Part shown: positions 61,649-64,000 of the stretch, piece by piece
Layout of the letters: every line of letters starts with the position of its first letter
Position numbering within the stretch: position 1 is the stretch's first letter
From: Vulcanimicrobiota bacterium
GTDB taxonomy: Bacteria; Vulcanimicrobiota; Vulcanimicrobiia; Vulcanimicrobiales; Vulcanimicrobiaceae
DNA length: 64,000 bases
Reading direction: 5' to 3'
NCBI GenBank assembly: GCA_963733295.1
Contig: CAVTCS010000003.1
Span: 2,048,001-2,112,000 of the forward strand
Made by a program: the position numbers and the translations under genes
Notes under the pieces: model-generated
What the model was told of the DNA's origin: nothing
Database searches by the model: none
The model's input: the letters and a program-made list of their open reading frames with translations, nothing else

Positions 61649-61992
61649 GCTGGACCCGGCGGTTCGGGTTCGAGAATCACCGCTTCCCCGGTGGCGATGA
61701 CGCGCGTCGATCCGTCGCTTTGTTCCCGCGAATCGAACTGTAAGCCCACCACGCCGTTGGCCCCGAGTTTCGAAGCGTATCCGCGGAGCGCGAGAAGGCT
61801 CTCGGCGCGCGCCCGCTCGGCATCGGTCAAGTATTCGACGGGAGCGAATCCGATGAACGCCCCGATCGAGCGAAACGTCGCCCGTAGCAGGTTGCGTTGA
61901 CAGACCGCCTCACCGCGCGCCAATCCCAGCCTGGCAACGACGCGGAAACCGTCGAGTCGATCGAAGGTAACGACCGCTTCGGGCGCGACCAT
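61645..61992 (-). CDS. YbjQ / heavy-metal-binding domain protein
   Basis: LGLARG, AERAR, LGANGVVG, ATGEAV. Confidence 0.85.
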   Translation of the reverse strand: MVAPEAVVTFDRLDGFRVVARLGLARGEAVCQRNLLRATFRSIGAFIGFAPVEYLTDAERARAESLLALRGYASKLGANGVVGLQFDSREQSDGSTRVIATGEAVILEPEPPGPA

Positions 61993-62882
61993 CAGCGCCG
62001 CTTTAACGCTGCACGCATGGCCGCGACGATCGAGAAAAGCGCGAACGCGTACAGAAGATACCGCCCCACAAGCGCCGCCACGAGCGCAAGGTACCAAACG
62101 ATGCCGTGATGCTTGATCCAGTACTTCCGGCGCGACGTTTGTTTGCGGCCCTCGACGCTATACTGCCCGCGCGCACTCCCCATCCCTTCGTGGATCGCTT
62201 CGCTGCTCGGAACGTACCAGGTTTCCCAGCCGGCCGTCGCCGCGCGTTTGGCAAAATCGACCTCTTCGTGGTACAGGAAAAAACGCTCGTCGAACGGCCC
62301 GATTTCGTCGAGCAAGCTGCGCCGGATCGCAAGCGCCGCACCGATCGCCAGATCGACGCGCCGCACGTCGCGGTGGCCCCATTCGCGCAGCGCGGCGCCG
62401 TTGGCGTATTCGCGCAGGAAGGGCCACTCGCCCCACGCGCTCGAGCGTAAGAACGCGCCGGTCCAGGTATCGAACTCACCGCACGACTCTTGGATCGACC
62501 CGTCCCGGTTGTAAATTCGCGAGCCGGCGATCCCACAGCGCGGATGCTCGTCCATGAAGGCTAGGATGTTGCGCAAGGCCCCGTCTTTGAGCTCCGCATC
62601 CGGATTCAAAAGATAGACGTAAGGCGAACTCGTGACCGCGAATGCGCGGTTGCAAGCTGCGGCGAAGCCAAGGTTGCTGCAGTTCTCGACGATGTCCACC
62701 CGGGTGCCGTAGCGTTCGCGCAGGTACTCACGGCTTCCGTCGGTCGAGCCGTTGTCGGAAACGACGACGCGCACGAACCCCGCATCTTCGCGCACTTCCG
62801 GCAGCGCAAAAACCGAATCGAGTGCGGTCGCGATCTTGTCTTTGTCGTTCCAGCAGACGACGATAACGTCGACCCGTGCCAC
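61992..62882 (-). CDS. GT2 glycosyltransferase (WbbL-like)
   Basis: DNGSTDG, NLGFAAACN, LLNPD, FDERFFLYHEEVD. Confidence 0.9.
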   Translation of the reverse strand: MARVDVIVVCWNDKDKIATALDSVFALPEVREDAGFVRVVVSDNGSTDGSREYLRERYGTRVDIVENCSNLGFAAACNRAFAVTSSPYVYLLNPDAELKDGALRNILAFMDEHPRCGIAGSRIYNRDGSIQESCGEFDTWTGAFLRSSAWGEWPFLREYANGAALREWGHRDVRRVDLAIGAALAIRRSLLDEIGPFDERFFLYHEEVDFAKRAATAGWETWYVPSSEAIHEGMGSARGQYSVEGRKQTSRRKYWIKHHGIVWYLALVAALVGRYLLYAFALFSIVAAMRAALKRR

Positions 62883-62886
62883 AAAC

Positions 62887-63988
62887 TTAGGCCGCCGGAC
62901 CGTCGAGGCGCCGGCGCTGCAGCAGATACGGCCAGACGAAGGCCTCGATGTCGCCGTCCAGCACTCCCGAGACGTTTGCGGTTTCGACCGCGGTCCGGTG
63001 ATCCTTGACCATCGTGTACGGCTGCAGCACGTACGAACGGATCTGCGAGCCCCACTCGTTAGCGCGCCGTTCACCGCGAAGCTCGCTGAGTTTCGCCTCG
63101 CGTTCCTCGATCTCGCGTTGGACGAGCTTGGCGCGCAGAATGTTCATTGAGACTTCCCGGTTCTGCATTTGCGAACGCTCCTGTTGCGAAGCGACGATGA
63201 TTCCGGTGGGAAGATGCGTAATGCGAATCGCCGACTCGGTTTTGTTGACGTACTGTCCGCCGGCACCGCCGGCCTTGAAGGTCTCGACCTTCAAGTCTTC
63301 CGGCTTGATCTCGATGTCGATCGTTTCGCCGCTCTCGATCTCGGGCACGATGTCGACGGACGCGAACGAGGTATGACGGCGGTGCTGTTGGTCGAACGGC
63401 GAAATGCGCACGAGTCGATGCACCCCGCGCTCGCCTTCGAGCATGCCGTACGCGTTCTTGCCGCGCACGAAGAACGTGATCGATTTGAGTCCGGCTTCTT
63501 CGCCGGGCGACTCGTCCGCGACGGCCGTGCCGAATCCCTTGGATTCCGCCCAGCGCAGATACATGCGCGCGAGCATCTGCGTCCAGTCGGCCGCGTCGAT
63601 CCCGCCGGCCCCGGCGCGGATCGTGACGATCGCGCCGTGGTCGTCGTACTCGCGGTCGAAGGTTGCCGCCATCTCGAGCAGGTCGACGCGCCGTTCGGCG
63701 TCCGCCAAGAGCGCGTCGACCTCGTCGGCGGCACCCTCTTCGTCGCCGAGCACGTCCAGCGTCTCGCGCGATTCGTCCAAGCGCGTCGCAACGGCGTCGA
63801 TCTCTGCCAGTTCGCCGCGCAAATCGGCGAGCTGCTTCATCGTCTTTTGGGCGGACTCGGCGTCGTTCCAAAAGCCCTCGGCTCGCGAACGCTGATCGAG
63901 CTCCGCTACGGTGCGCGCCTTACGGTCGTAGTCAAAGACGCACCTTCAGCGCGCTGAGGCGGTCCTGTAGCCGGCCGATCGTCGTCAT
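62887..63988 (-). CDS. prfB: Peptide chain release factor 2 with programmed +1 frameshift
   Basis: SPF and GGQ motifs; AAGGTG-cgt-CTT-TGA-C slippery site (CTTTGAC at 63937-63931); the start could lie beyond the window. Confidence 0.96.
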
Positions 63989-64000
63989 CTGCGAGTCGCT

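Overview
High-GC bacterial chromosome segment. Gene style (YXWGXW proteins, Vgb-like propellers, alpha2-type GlyRS) suggests a Terrabacteria soil lineage such as Eremiobacterota, which is inference only. Layout: (1) 1-13.6 kb housekeeping and envelope genes (mntP, proline dehydrogenase, HEAT-cyclophilin, KGG stress protein, rpoD, dnaG, serine hydrolase, Vgb-like propeller, HD hydrolase); (2) about 13.6-45.7 kb ABC-transporter-dependent (Wzm/Wzt) surface-glycan locus with GT2/GT4 enzymes, an O-antigen ligase-like gene, methyltransferases, rml genes and an interposed ppdK, whose 19.5-37.5 kb part is dense in indels that are probably sequence errors; (3) an HTH antitoxin with a toxin relic; (4) arginine cluster argB / argF-R-G-H-C-J-D with ARG boxes; (5) secreted QPQHA-repeat protein, glyQS, GT2, rlmN, UDG, YbjQ, GT2 and prfB with its programmed frameshift. 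Most notable: an unannotated ~154-nt structured RNA at 59595-59748 whose core folds as a tmRNA-like tRNA domain with alanine identity elements but no mRNA-like domain; a ~1.48 kb near-identical inverted duplication of two GT2 cores flanking a 3.2 kb segment; and a duplicated 5' end of the HD gene bracketing the Vgb-like gene.
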